Below are positions 26,469-40,607 of a DNA stretch of 64,000 nt, in pieces. The stretch lies in assembly GCA_965644295.1 (NCBI GenBank), contig CBFFRP010000144.1, positions 62,001 to 126,000 on the forward strand. The letters run 5' to 3'. The translations under genes and the position numbers were made by a program. Under the pieces are notes generated by a model. That model searched no databases. It saw only the letters and a program-made list of their open reading frames with translations, and was not told the DNA's origin. Every line of letters starts with the position of its first letter. Positions within the stretch are counted from its first letter, which is position 1. The DNA is from Paraphysomonas bandaiensis (lineage: Eukaryota; Protista; Chrysophyceae).

Positions 26469-29400
26469 TCATGCGGTGAGCACTGGTGAATTCTCAGCGC
26501 CGGAAGTCACCTTGCGGCTGTTTTTGCTCTTCTTTTTCTGAGGACCTGACGAGCCGCTGTCATCGTTGCCCGAGTCTTGTATGGCTTTGTTTCTGGAGTT
26601 CCCACCAGCCACAGTCCGTAGCACTGTCGAAACTCCATCTACGAATCGCGTGCGGAATATTACGTTGGCATTGTTGAACATGCCTTCTTTCAAGCTGACC
26701 ACGATAAACTGACTAGCTGAGAAATGTGTCCGTAACATCAACCCGATGTTCTGAGTGTGAGAGAGATCAAGTGCAGCATCCACTTCATCCAAGATATACA
26801 TCGGCGCAGGTTTGAAGAGCAACAATGACAGAATCAGAGAAAGTGCAAGAAGAGATCGTTGACCACCCGAGAGCTCAGTAAGAGATTCCTTCCATACACC
26901 ATTGAAGGCGACCTTCACTTCAAGGCCGTCCATTACACCACAACCTTCAGGAATATCCAATTTAGCATGTGTGCCTGGTAGAAGGGTGGAGAATATTGAC
27001 CCAAAGTCCTTGTTCACCTTGACCCATGTGTTCTGAAGGGCTTGTACTTTCTTAACATCTAGCTCCTCAATAACCGCCTCGATCTTAGCCTTATCATTCA
27101 GAATAACCTGTCAAGTAGATATCAACATACATGCAATCCAAAGAAGTGGAAAAATAACCTCTTTCTTCCTCATGAGATCCTCGTGTTCAGCCTCGGCCTT
27201 ATCAATCATACCCATAACCTTCTTGTTAATCTTTTTTGAGAGTTTGTCCTGGGAAGATTTGAGACTGGCAAGTTTTTCCACGCTCTGTTTCATATCAACA
27301 GCAGAAAAGTCATAGTCCGTATTAGCAAGCCCGAAAAAAGACTTCTCAGTCACAATCCAAGGGTGTTTCTTTTCGAGGTCTGCAACTTTCCGCTGCGCCC
27401 CCTGGATCTCTTTCTTCCAAACATCGAGCTTGTGAGCGATTTTTCTGACCTCCAAGCCGATATTTTGAGCCTCCTTGGAACTTTTATCCCGCTCTCCCTG
27501 TAGCGTACGAATATCCTTAGTATACTGTTGAAGCGAATCACTCATTGCAGTCACATTGGCTTTTGCAGCTTCATATTCAACTCGCTTCGACGACACCTAC
27601 ATATCGTACATTATATAATGCAATATCAATAAATTTATTGCAGTGAGTATTCGTCTGAACTGACCTGTGCCTCAAGATCCTCCACTTCTTCTGCCATTCG
27701 AGCCACTGAACTCTCACATATTTTCTGTTGCTCCGCAATAGCCTTCAATTCACCCTGAAGTGAGGACACTTCAGCCGCCAGTTTGTCTCTCTGGGAACGC
27801 AGGGCACTCGCGGAAGACTTGAGGCCATTGACATTCTTTTGGGCGGTCTTCGTTGAAATTTCAATAGATTTCATAGCTTGGTCCCGCTGGCTTTTGATGT
27901 TGGTTGCCGCATCGTCGAGTTTCTTAAGTTCGGCCAATGCCTTCTTATGTGCTTCCTGAAGGGGTTTGGCTACATCCTGACCCATACATCATCAAAAATA
28001 TGAGGTACATTCATACACATTCATCTATGGTACCTCATCAAACCGCTTGAGTTCATCTTCCAGGCCGTCAATCTCTTTACTCAGCTGAACGTAACTGCTA
28101 CCAGACAGCTTTTCCTCGCACATAGCCAGGGCATGCTTTTTCATATCAATTTTCTCGGCGAGATCTCGGTGTTTAGCCCCCGTAGCCTCCAAAGCAGAGA
28201 GACGTTTCTCGAGATCCTTTACATCTGCCTTACAGGCCTCTGCTTTAGACTGTAGAGTCGACAGTTCCCCAATTTTAGACAACAATGAGCCAATAGCGTT
28301 CCTAGACCCACCACTTATGGTGCCACTGGGGTCATAAGTGTCACCCTCAAGGGTAATGGTCTTGCACTTGATGCGAGGGTCGAAAGCAATTGCCTCAGCA
28401 ATTGCGCTCGTGTCGCATACAATCGTGTTACCGAAGACGAACTGCATGGCCCGGGTAACTTCTTGGTCATATCCCACAAGTTCAAGCGCCAGATGTGCGG
28501 AGCCGCCCTTAGACTGTGCAAGCTGCTTTGAGAGACCCAATCGACGTTCATCTACACATCTGTTGCTGATTTTGTTAAGTGGCAGGATTGTGACGCGTTT
28601 CTTTAAAACGCCTTTGCCCAAAAGCAGTTTTCCCGTCTGTTCATTGTCGACTACCACCTGGAAGAGTTTCCCTCCGGCTGCTACCTCCAGTGCCGTTGCA
28701 GTAGATCTATCCTTGATGCTCACCAACCGAGCAACCACACCCTTCACTCTTGATCGATCGAAACCTCTCTCGGGATCTTTAAACTCAAAATTAAGTCGTG
28801 CTTCCACTTGGGCAGACATACTATCGATTCTATCCTGCATAGCCTCCAGACGTGCTTTGGACTCGCCGCATGATGCCCTCAGCGAAATCTCTTCCTCCTC
28901 ACAATACGAAATTTTCTGCAGTTGATCCTCCAGCGCTTTCATCTCGTGGCGCAGCGTATCCATTTCTTTTAGATCTTTTCCTTGTGAATTCTGCTCCTCT
29001 TTGTAGCTTCTCTTTAGAGCATTGAGTCGATCTCTAGAATGCTTGGCACGCATCGTCTCTTGCTTGAGTTTGCTCTCAGCCTCCCGGGCGCGGGTCTCCC
29101 ACACACCTACCTGTTCAGGAAGAGACAACAATGCCGCGTCGGCTTCATCTGTCACTCCTGCGCATGCATTCTGGTATTTCGTCCGAAGGGTTTCCAGTTC
29201 CTGCTCAGCACCTGCAACCTCAGCTTCTTTCTTACGCACCTCCTCCTCGCAGAGAGAAAGTTCTTGCTGCTTCTCAGTGAGCCCCTGTTCTATTGCAGTC
29301 GTTTGCTTGGAGAGACTCTCCAGTAACTCTCTCTCGCTAGCTAGGGAGGTCTTGTTGTTCGAAAAACTGGAGTTGACCTTAACAAGTTCCTTACTGAGTT

Positions 29401-30358
29401 CCTGCTCACGTTTCTTCAGGGCCTGGAAGTCCCCTTCAGACTCTTTCTCCCGCCGTGCTTCTAACTCCGCAATGCGACTCTCGCACGACCTCGTCTCCTC
29501 TTCCAGCACATTCTGCTGGTCTCGTAGGACTGCCATTTCTTCGCGCATATTCTGCTGGTGTCCCTCAGAATTTTGAACCTTTTCCTCAGCTTCGCGGTAT
29601 TCGCTAGCAGTGCACAATCGCTCCAATCGCTCGAGCTCCGTATTGTTAGCTGACCACTCCTGGTAGCTTTGTCGCTCTCCTCGGAGTTGTACTAACTTTG
29701 GTCCAATGTCATCCTCCATTACACGCGTAATCTCATCCACTTTAAGCTGCTTTTTCTCAATCGTTTTCTGCGCAGCTTGTTTTTTTGTTTCGAACATTCG
29801 CGTTCCAGCAGCCTCTTCAATCATTGACAAGATTTCCGGGGGCTTCATATTTAGGACTTTAGTTATTCGTCCCTGCATTATCAAAAAATGCGGATTGTTG
29901 ACATTAAGTTGGACACTGTGGAAAAGGTTCTGTACTTGTGTTTGTTGGACAGTATGACCATTAATCATGTACTTATTCTTTCCCCCGATTACGACCTACA
30001 GAACAGTGTCAAAACATGGAGATGATAGAAGCTCTATAACCTGTCGAGTAACAGTAATCTGCTTGTGGTGCTCATATCCAACAGGGCTCCCGGAAGGGTC
30101 CGAGTTATCAAACACGATTGTTACAGATGCCTTGGTGACGCCTGCCTGCCCCTGTTTGTAGACCAGCTCCTGTAGATTCCCCACACGCACCTGCGACAGG
30201 TTCGATATGCCGAGCACGAAACAAATCGAGTCCAGTATGTTGCTCTTCCCTGATCCATTGAGACCTGTGATCGCATTGAACTGAGGGTCGAATCCAGACA
30301 CCACTGTGCGGGTTGCATAGCTCTTAAAGCCATCGATAATAATCTCGTGAATGTGCAT
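26469..30358 (-). CDS. SMC2: Condensin subunit SMC2 (multi-exon)
   Basis: [15 protein letters not shown], Walker [41 protein letters not shown], a hinge domain, signature [14 protein letters not shown] and Walker [14 protein letters not shown]. Confidence 0.98.
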
Positions 30359-31067
30359 TATAATTACGACAGATACCGCACGACAGCTGGGCTACTTTAA
30401 TGAACGGTTTCCTGACGGCACTGCGAGTAGAGTGAAGTACAGGAAAGTGTGTTATCGTTAGTAAAGAGTGCAGTGCAGCGTGTGCTGTGTGTATATATTC
30501 AAACTGATGTGATGTTACTTCCTTCAGTATACATACGTGCACTGACACATACCGGCATACATACACTGGACCGTATAGCTAGACCTCATCTCATGTATAC
30601 ATACACCTGCATGTATCCTACACGTCTTCCTCGTGTCAGATATTTGAATTTTCCAACAGCTCTTTTCGAAATTCCTCAACAGCAGCAGTTACTAAAAACT
30701 ACGTAATAATACAGTGATGTATACATGAGAATCAAATTTCAAACCACAGCCCAGTATACGTATATGTATATGCGTGTATACCCTTCCCGTATACCGTCCT
30801 GAGCAGAGTCCGTACAGAGTATACCAGCAGAGCAGGCAGAGAAGAGAGTGCGAGTGCAGTGGAACGAGACCAGAGCAGACCAGAGCAGACCAGACCAGAC
30901 GAGACGAGAGGACTTCAGGAGCGGCTACATGACGATATGACAGAGGGGGGATGCATTTCTCCATGAGGCGAAGTAACTCAATAGTCGAGATGAGTCAGTT
31001 CAGTGTGTAGCACTTGTGTGTCGTATAGCAGAGCAGACATCTGTCGGCGTGACTATCTTACAGCATC
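30359..31067. promoter_or_regulatory. Putative bidirectional promoter, SMC2/DNA2
   Basis: About 710-bp divergent spacer with TACA/TATA-rich blocks near both starts. Confidence 0.5.
30866..30910. repeat. (CAGAC/CAGAG) pentamer microsatellite
   Basis: gagaccagagcagaccagagcagaccagaccagacgagacgagag. Confidence 0.8.
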
Positions 31068-34000
31068 ATGAGAGCATCAGCTCACAGAAAGAAGAGAAGT
31101 AAGAGTCTCGTATTACAGGAACCTTAACTAACGGTTTAATAGGCGTATCTAATCTATCGGCACCGGTGAAGCTGTCTGAAGGAGAGGGATCGTTTTCTGT
31201 AGGTGCTCCTCATCGTTATATCTCATACTAACTGCTCTCTATGTGTGTATTAAGAGTGAGAGTGTGTGTGCTTCATCGAATATCTCCAACTTCTCTTTAA
31301 CTCAAGAAGAGTTGGCTCAAGATGTTACGTGGGGAGAATCTCCTCCGCAGGATGTGTTCACATCATTTGACTCTGATTGTAGCTTTGATTTGGATAGCAG
31401 TGATGCTGTGCCCCCGATGCAGACCACCATGAAACGGTAGCTTCGGATCCAAAAATCGAACACTGCATTCTAAGTTGATTGGTGTATATGTTAGGTTTAA
31501 AGCGGATGGTACAGGAACTCCGAGATCGTCGTTTACATTTAAGCGCGGAAATGATGCATTTGATGCCTTAGTGAGCACATCAGCCTCTAGCTCGGCACCC
31601 GTTGTCGCAACTGGAATGGATGCGAAGCGGAGTTGTCGCTACGGTTTTTCTAATGAAAGTATGTATTGCTCATGAATATTATTCTGTACGATTATTGTAT
31701 ACGAAGGTGCGGCAAGTTGCAAGGGTAGTGCAGGTGGAACTGCACATGCTGGTCAACCTCATATGCCTGCTGCGGCATCTCACAACCGACAGCAGATTTC
31801 CGTGGATTCATGCTCACAACCCGGTTTGGCAGATGTGGAAGTTGTGTCTGTCCTCTCCAAACAGCTACCCTCTCCATTTTTGTCTGGTGCAGCTATACCA
31901 TCAGAAACAATTTCGCATGATTGCTCCGAGGGTTCTGCTCTTGATGATGGAGCTGACTTGGACAAGATGACGGGGATGTCAGGTGTTGCCACCACCAGCC
32001 GCAAGAGTCAAGGGCTCTCCCTGTCAGCCTCTGATTGGGGAGATGAACCTCCACCTCGAAAACCTCCTGTTCATCGCTCACCTCTTCACCACCTCACACA
32101 GAACAAGCTACCTGACCAGAGTCGACCACCCCTGACTACATACCCCAACCCTGTCGGGTTAGGGATCACAGTTCAGAATCTATCCGACAAAGCTCCTCCC
32201 CTGACTTTGGGAAAAGAGCAAACAATATCACCTCTTAATTCTGGCGGTTTATGTCATGTAGATGGAGAGAAGACTAATTCTCATGTCGCAATATCCTCCA
32301 CCAAACCTTCTTTAACTTCTTCCAATGTATGTTCTGAGGGATCTGCGCTTGATGACGTCGCAGAGTTTGACAAGATCATGGAAATGGCATTCGCCGCTTC
32401 TTCAGAACGCAAGAGTCAAGGACTCGTTCAGCCTTCATCCACAAAGGAATGTAAAGGGAACGATGTTTGCTCCGTAGATGTGCCATGTGTGCCAACGAGC
32501 CATTTGCCACCCTCCGCTGATTCTTGCAGCGTGGATACCATTAGTGAGGACGCTTGGGAAGCTCTGGCTGCAATGGAAGCTGCTGCGTTGTCAGGTCGTT
32601 CATTGTCGGACAGCAAAAGCAGCGATAACTCTGGTAGCGGTAATATACTGTCCTATACTTTCCTGACTTTTCTATGGGCCTCTGCAGGTCGTTCTCAGCT
32701 ACCGCACCACAGGACTTATCGCTTGGTTGTTGTGGGCATTTCTGAAGGAGTCGACGACGATAGAAAGGCTTTCAAGAACATCTCATGCACTCCTGCATCT
32801 GTGCATGATGGAAGTGATAACCGAGATTCGTTTCGTGGAACCGTTATTGTTCGCCTTTATGATGACTGGTATGTGTGGTATTATAGCAAGACGGCACCAA
32901 ATAACTCTGCTGAATAGGTACGACACAGATATAGCTGGAGGAGATGTTATCCATGTGACTGACTTAGGTTTGGGCGACATAGATGAGATGAGTTGTAGGA
33001 ACTCCTTCTCTGTACTACAAGTTCAAGAAAGTGGAACAAGTGTAATATTTTCTGTAAGCGACACCCATGGTCTGCTGGTCGTGCACCCTGATGTCCTCGT
33101 GACGCCGTCACGGATCTCAGAGGCATGTACATGCTCCCGCCGTGCTGTTATTTCCGACAGAATTCGGGGACTCTCAGGGGGACTTTCGGGAGCTCCAGCC
33201 GTTCTGGGCAGTCTGAAGCACCAGCTTATAGAGGTGGGAAATTCGCATGATATACATGGGTTTAATTTCCATTATTATAGAAACTGCTTGAGTGGCATAT
33301 CAACAAGTCGTCTGAAGGCAAAGTTGGAGACCTTCCTGGTCTTATAGCGGAGACTGTGTCTGATCATGCCGAAGCACTGTGTAGTGTGGGAATCAGTGAT
33401 GCAATGGCTCATCAAGAGCTGAGCAGTGCTGTACCGCGTGTGTTGCAGTGGGTACACCAGTGCCGGTGGAGCAAGTGTCCTGGAAAAGAAAATGTGAAGA
33501 ATAGTGTGACTACTCTTCCCAGCGGTGGGATGGACGGCAAAGGCATGGGAACATGGTGGCATGAGGTTATCGATGTGGAAGACACTGTATGCAGCCTTGC
33601 ACTTGGTATAAAAGGACAAGTTGATATGACCGTGAAAGGTGTTATTTGTAGTGGCACAGCTACAGTGGCTCATTCCCCAACGGCTGCTATACCTGTTGAG
33701 CTAAAGACGGGTAGATGGCGGCCTGACGGCCTGATCGCACACAGAGCTCAGGTAGGCAGCCTTTGCGATGTTTAACGATATTTTTGTCAGTTTAACTTTC
33801 TTTCAGACAATTTTGTACATGATGATGTTATTATTGCGGGATAGATGCGCTATTATGAGAACTGACAGCGACGAAAAGGCTATCAAAACTACCGACTACA
33901 CTAAGGGAATCTTGTTGTACATAGGTTCGAAAGACTCACAGACCAAGTTGGAAGTTATCATACCAACTTGGTTGGAAATGAAGGCTCTGATCCAGATTCG

Positions 34001-36943
34001 GAATAGTCTCGCCACTAGTATCCGGAAGATGAAGAAAAAGGTGCTTGTCTGGAAACTATTCCTCGTTGTCTTAACACCAACTTTGTAGTCATGCGCTAGT
34101 GCCCTACCACCTATGCTACGTCGACAGACATGTGAATGGTGCTTCCAAGCGGCAGAGTGTATGGTATACCACAAAGCGAGCGCTGTGGGTGATAACCTGA
34201 CGGAGTCCTCTGGTGTGCCGGTCCTGTATGAGTACTTAACAGCCGGAATTACTTCAGAACACATTGCCTACTTCACACACTGGGATCAATTGTTAGACTT
34301 AGAAGAAGCGGCTTCGGATAAGAATTCGGATCGTACGCTCAGATATTCCCGCTCCGACTCCTTATCTGGGCTCTCTGCTGCCTTCATACGAAATGAAGAA
34401 GGAAACGATACATTCAGTATAGCCTTTAATACAAGGTCTGACGAGGCGAATAGCAACAGAGTTAATTTCTTGGCGGGCGATCGCGTGACGGTGAGCATAG
34501 TGGACAGTGTACATGCTGGCGCAGCAGATAAGGAGACCTTTGCTTGTCGTGAAATAGAAGACTCCTGCTCTGTTCCGGCTTTGTTGGCCGCTGATACGTC
34601 GAGCGTTGAGTCTGGTGTCGCAGTAGGCACCTTTATTGGTGTTGAGGACAATCAGTTGGTCGTTGAGTTCTCAAGCAACTTCAGAAGGTTCAAGAGGTAC
34701 TTTCTTTGTTGTGGTAACTTGGTTAATTTGTAATTTTTAATACGGTTTAGGATCGCCACTGGGGCTGTGAAAAAAGTATCGAATACTACTAGATATTCTT
34801 GTGTGACTTTTCTGTTGGAGAAAGAGGAGTTCAGTGGGTCTTCTTTTAGCGTCCTTCGGTAAGTACTGGTGTAGTGATCAGTGCTATTATCTCATGACTA
34901 GCAGGTCAAATGTACTTCGCCTGATAGTTCCTCAGCACGACCCCCAAACCTTTAAATCTGTTAAGAGTCTGAAAGAGAAAGAGAGGCGTCATGTGGAGAT
35001 GCCTTTTTCCCACACCCGTGATTTGATTATTGACCTAATCACCCCTCGCTTTAGGCCCGACACCATTCCTGAGGATGTAACAATGTTTATACCAAATGGT
35101 GTTGCACAGGATCAGTATTTCCGCGCGCTGCATGTGCTCAGACAAAAGCGACAACTGAAAAGTGCCAAGTCTGATAGTGGCGGGTGCATTATCAACGGGG
35201 TTGTTTTCTATCCTGGATGCTGTCCTCTAGTCCTCCTTGAAGAGCTAAGAGCCCTCAACGGAGATCAGCAGGAAGCTGTCAGGAGAGTCTTGTCGTCATT
35301 GGATTACACTCTAGTACGAGGAAGTACGTATACATGCATTGTTAGTGTCATGAGTAATGCAGTAGCATGTTGTAGTGCCAGGAACTGGTAAGACCTACAC
35401 TATATCACTCATAGTGCGTGCAATGGTTGCTAAAGGAGGACGAGTGTTGGTTACGTCGTACACCCATTCAGCTGTGGACAACCTGATGGAGAAATTGATG
35501 GCATCTGGCGTGTCTGTCGAAGTAATGGCTCGGATAGGGGCTGCGACTTCGGTACGTCCATGTCTGCATCGAGCTCTTCTGTCTGCTGGTGAAGGGATGG
35601 GTAGAAATGGTATACGACGAACTGTAGCATCTACGAAGCAGCGCCTGGAGTGTGCAAGAGTAGTGGGTTGCACCGTGCTGACTGCTGCTCGGCACGCCCT
35701 TCTACAAAGAGTGAGATTTCAATGGGGAGTGATGGACGAATGTGGGCAGATTTCTCAGCCAGCCGCCATCGGCGCCATGCTACTCTCTGAACGTTTTTTA
35801 TTAGTAGGTGACGACTATCAGCTTCCACCTATCGTGCAATCTCTGGAGGCACGAGATAAAGTAAGTGCAAGCGAATTTATAGTTTGTGTGATATGTGATG
35901 TGGCTAGGGAATGGATATAAGTATGTTCAAGAGGCTTGGTGAGGCTCACCCGAATGCTGTGGTTTCTCTAGTTTCTCAGTATCGAATGAACGAAGAGGTG
36001 ATGGATCTGGCCAACACTCTTGTATACGAGCACAAACTGCGTTGTGGAAGCAATGGGGTAGCAAAGGCCCGACTGTCTTTACCAAAATTTGAATCTTTTT
36101 TTCAAGCTCCACTATTGGAGATCTCATCGGCCTATCGTGACGTGCTTGCTGCAACATTCAATTCTGCTAGAAGTATGCAGATGATGACTCTTTTGAATGC
36201 GACGTGGATATCAGCGGCGCTTGACCCCTCCTCCAGTGTTGTTTTTGTGAACACAGACACCTTGCGAGGGGTGACAACTGAGGGCAATACTTCTGTAGCA
36301 AACGGGCGTGAACAGACAGTGACCACAGGTCACGAGGGAAGCTTTGGTCGAATAGGCGGCGTGTATAACCCGTCGGAAGTAGTGGTTGTAAAAATGCTGG
36401 TAGATGCACTGTGGGGCTGTGGGGTTGATGTGCAACATGTGGGGGTGGTTACACCCTACCGTTCACAGGTGAGGGCCCTGGCGAACGCACTTGATGTTGG
36501 GAGCGTATGGGCAAGAACAACTGTAGATGATTATGTGGAACCGAAAGGGCAATGTGCAATCAGTACAGTTGATAAGTTCCAAGGACGAGACATGGACGTA
36601 ATCATACTGTCTATTGTTCGCAGCAATTCCGCTGGATTGGTGAGATATTTTATACTCTCTCGATATACGCACATCACACTGTTGTATTTGTTAGGCGGGT
36701 GACCTGCTACAGGATTGGAGACGTGTGAATGTCGCCATCACGAGAGCTCGTCACAAACTCATTATCGTGGGATCTTTGGATATCTGTATCAATACACCTG
36801 TCATGTTAGGGTTGGCCAAGTTCTGCAGTGATAGGTACGAGCAAATGTATTGTTGATTTTTGTGCTGATTTCGACGTAGAAACAGAGTTATTTCAACCCC
36901 TCATAATTTCGGTTTGGTTAGCTCAAGATTGACTAATGCTTAA
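31068..36943 (+). CDS. DNA2: DNA2 nuclease/SF1 helicase with a long disordered N-terminus (multi-exon)
   Basis: Nuclease region: [40 protein letters not shown], Fe-[11 protein letters not shown]. Helicase region: spliced Walker [57 protein letters not shown]. Confidence 0.95.
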
Positions 36944-37634
36944 TAGTGTACAGGTTAAATAGTAGCAATTGATTGAATAGTTGTTTTGTAGTGGTGCGGA
37001 TATATCACGATCTACAGAAAAGATGCCATCCTGGTGGTATACGCCTTTGCCGTATTCTGGAAATGAAATTGTATTTGTAGAACAGATACCGCAAAGATTA
37101 TATAGTGATAGTTGTATTTCTGTGTCTTCAAATAGTGTGAGTTGAGGTAATCTATAATTATAAACTTTCAGTACAGTGTTAATTGACTATAAAGTTCGTT
37201 ATCAGAGTAAGGTGTTTTTCACTGCAATGTATGAAAATAAGATATCAGCCAACAATCTGTATACTGGGTTACCTGGTCGATTTTGGAGAGAAACTTGCTA
37301 GACAGTTACGACCTTCAGAATCTCATATTATTTAGAGTATATATTTGTAGTGCTATTACCCTTCTGAACGGAATTACAGAACACATGGCACAACTGGAAG
37401 AAGTATTAAGGGTCTGATATGACTGATGCAAGAGAAATTGAATGCATTTACAAGTGCAACTCAACGAGCAGTGTGTAATCAACTGGATCAATTAACTTAC
37501 GCCGACAGAGAGTAAAAGATTAGGAACGTAAATTCTTTAGAGCCACGCTGGATTATACGGAGAGAGCTATTCACGCCCAAGATAATTTGCTAAAAATATT
37601 CAATATTAGTTAGGAAAAGCATCACATTATTTCA

Positions 37635-37975
37635 TAGTAGTGAATGTCTTATTATGAAAAATAGGTGTTTAAGAGTCAGTGCTTTACTCTGATATCCTAC
37701 TATTTAACGCTACGAAAGCTGCTTGTGCGTCACGGCAAACTCCAAGGTTCAACCACGCAACCTTTCTTTCGCTCTATCACTCAAAACAAACACAGTGAGC
37801 AAGCACAATGTTGATATACCTGACATCTGCTGACTTAGAATTTTTGAGTCGAGAAGACGAACAGCCCGGATGCTTGAATTAAGCAGGCAGACCCAAAACC
37901 CCGGTTACCCTTGAGGTGGGCCCATTCCCGGATGCCTGTTTATTCGTCAAGGAACAAGGCGTTTACACGAGTGAC
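37635..37975. repeat. Dispersed repeat, copy 2 (copy 1 at 1238-1544)
   Basis: Same-orientation diverged copy with several ~30-bp indels relative to copy 1. Confidence 0.9.
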
Positions 37976-39626
37976 TCGTATTCGTGTCCAGACAAGCATT
38001 TCTCATCATATCTGCTGACTATATATAAGTGGCTCACGTTAGTTACTCTCCGGTACTTCTCCTCCAGAACACTACAGAAAGGTGCGAGTCCAACTTTTTG
38101 AGGGTACATGTCATATGATGCAGTTTTATTGTCACGTTAGGCGTCTGAGAAAACTGGTTACTATCTTCTTATGCAACATTTCAGGTGCACAATTCAAAGA
38201 TACTAAGATTCAGTAAACCTAGTTTCAGCATACTTATATATATTGTGTTTGCATCAGGAGTACCACTCTCCTGGAAATTACGGCATTGAATTCGATTGTA
38301 GGGAAGTATGTTGGACAGCCAATAAAATGGACTGCGGCTACTATAATTCACTGCATTCCTTCTGAATATTCAAGCGAATGAGATATACTGCTGAATCGGT
38401 AACCATTAGAGCGCTCCACACATATAAAATGTTCTTCAATATAACCCCGTTTACACTCGCAACACAGCTCTAGCGTGTTATGTTATAATGGCTTCGTATC
38501 AATGTCATGATATTTAAAATTTACACATACATATAAGTATGTAAGGTTATAAATTATATCAGATATATAATTATAATACACATATTGTGGGGCATTTATG
38601 TCGTGTTCGTTTCTTGTTTAATTCGTCTTCTTTTTAATACTGGATTAGAAATTTTCATTTCATTGTCATATATTATATCTATGTAAGCCATTTTGTCTAC
38701 TTTGACTTGCGTCCTCTAATTGCGTTAAAATTCTTCGCAGCTCTGCAGGAAAGAGTAAATAACAAGTATAAAACAGATTAGCATGACTATATTCATTAGT
38801 ATAGTGGTATATAGTGTGCATCGAAATCCCATTCTCTAACTCCGATATCAGAGATAAGAACTGACTCTATTGCTAATAATAAGACATTCACTGCTCTCAA
38901 ACTCCGTTTTTTGTTCAGGAAGCACTAAATAATATAGGCCCGTGATTATTCGCTTCGTAATTTATTATTATTCTTTCAGCAGATATAAGTCATAAGTATC
39001 AACGACATATCTACGTGACTAGGTGATATTCCGAAGAGCTCAACAGCCATTGTTCATGCGTAACTTTTTTTTCGATTTGTCTTGAGGAAACGCTGAGACC
39101 TGAGACTGATGATCATTGTTCTCGTTATATTGATAATACTAGAAATAGGACATTGTAAGTACCAATATGTTTTAAGTACACCAACATCACTAACAGATCA
39201 TTCCCTTCATGTACATTAGAGCTGTATATCATTCCTATTAGACCACAGGAGGAATGGTATCATAGTCATAGCTCCACTTCATATTCAGTATAGTTAGACA
39301 AGATACTAACACAAAACCTATGCAAGCTCTGTACATTGGCGTACGTTCCTTGTGACTGACAGTGTGCGATGGCGTTATATGAGTAGAAATAAACGATGGC
39401 ACGGTTCATAATCACGCGCAGTGTCACCTTCCAGAGCACCTACACTGTATATTTGCTTTTCCCATACAAAGGGTGCTGTTTATACCTATTCTTTGTTCAA
39501 CGCGATGCAATATGACCAACAACAAGAGAAATAAAAAATGAGAGGAAACACACATGTGTTTAAATGTATGACTACAGATACAAACTCATGTACATAACAT
39601 GATGTATTATTTATACTAACGATATA

Positions 39627-40605
39627 TTACAATTCGCCGTCATCATCTGCGTGCCTATATTTGGTCACATTCTGCCATCCTAGTAGGGGTATTTCTAAAC
39701 GTTCGTTGTCCATCATGGCTCTAATTTTTTCTCCAGTGGGTAAAGTAACTAACAAAACCGGGACAGTGACATCTCTCCACAGAACAGCAGCGTCATAAGC
39801 ACCAAATCCCCCTTCGACTGGTGAACCTATCCTGTGGCCGCAATGCTGGAAATGCTCGTCACACTGGCCATCATCTACTATTATTACCGCCAATGCTCCA
39901 CTCTGCGTAAAGAACTGTGACATCATCACAGTGAAAATAGTCGCGAAAAACGGCACCTTCTGAATATTCTTAACTTTTTCTAATAGAGTAACTTCTCCTC
40001 TATCTACAAGCGCTATGTTATCTCTAAGGTGGTGTCTATTCATCAGTTTCTTTTTCTCGCCATAATTAGGTACACTATACACGAGATCTGAATCATACAC
40101 GTTAGCGACACCGATACCACAAGTGAGCCACACTACCCGCTGTAAACCGAAACTCTCTAGGGCCATATCGAGCCTCCATACCATAAACTGCGCAACAACT
40201 CTAACTACAAACGTGTGCGATAGAGTCATAAAGTACCTATCGACCCTTCCAGCTCTGGAGACGGACACCCGACACAGAACTTTATCATCTTCACTGCACT
40301 GTACTGAGAGTCGCTGTGACTGCTGTCGATACTCACTGACACTATCGCTAAACAATAAACTGAACTGACGAATATGATCAATAGCCTCACGAACGCATCA
40401 TATCTCATCCATATACATGCACCTCTCTCTGCTGCCCATACAATACACACAGGTAGATAACAGCAATAGCAATACAGCCAATTGGAAGTGCAACTGGACC
40501 ACAATACGGCGTCAGGTTCACAATATGATGCAGCAGGATCAATCCAGTGAGGTGTATCAGTGAGGTGATGACCGCCGCAGTTACAATGGAGCAGAACAAC
40601 TCCAT
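39627..40605 (-). CDS. Protease-associated (PA) domain protein with N-terminal hydrophobic segments and C-terminal DGEL
   Basis: The pattern NIALVDRGEVTLLEKVKNIQK-SGALAVIIVDD...VPVLLVT is PA-like. Exon 1 (MELFCS...) is hydrophobic and joins in phase through a 58-nt intron. Further short introns are likely inside the listed ORF. Confidence 0.75.
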
Positions 40606-40607
40606 GC

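Noticed and set aside
28338-29957. Long antisense ORFs over SMC2 (also over myosin, RRP12 and others)
   Set aside because: Shadow frames of real coding sequence with no independent motifs.
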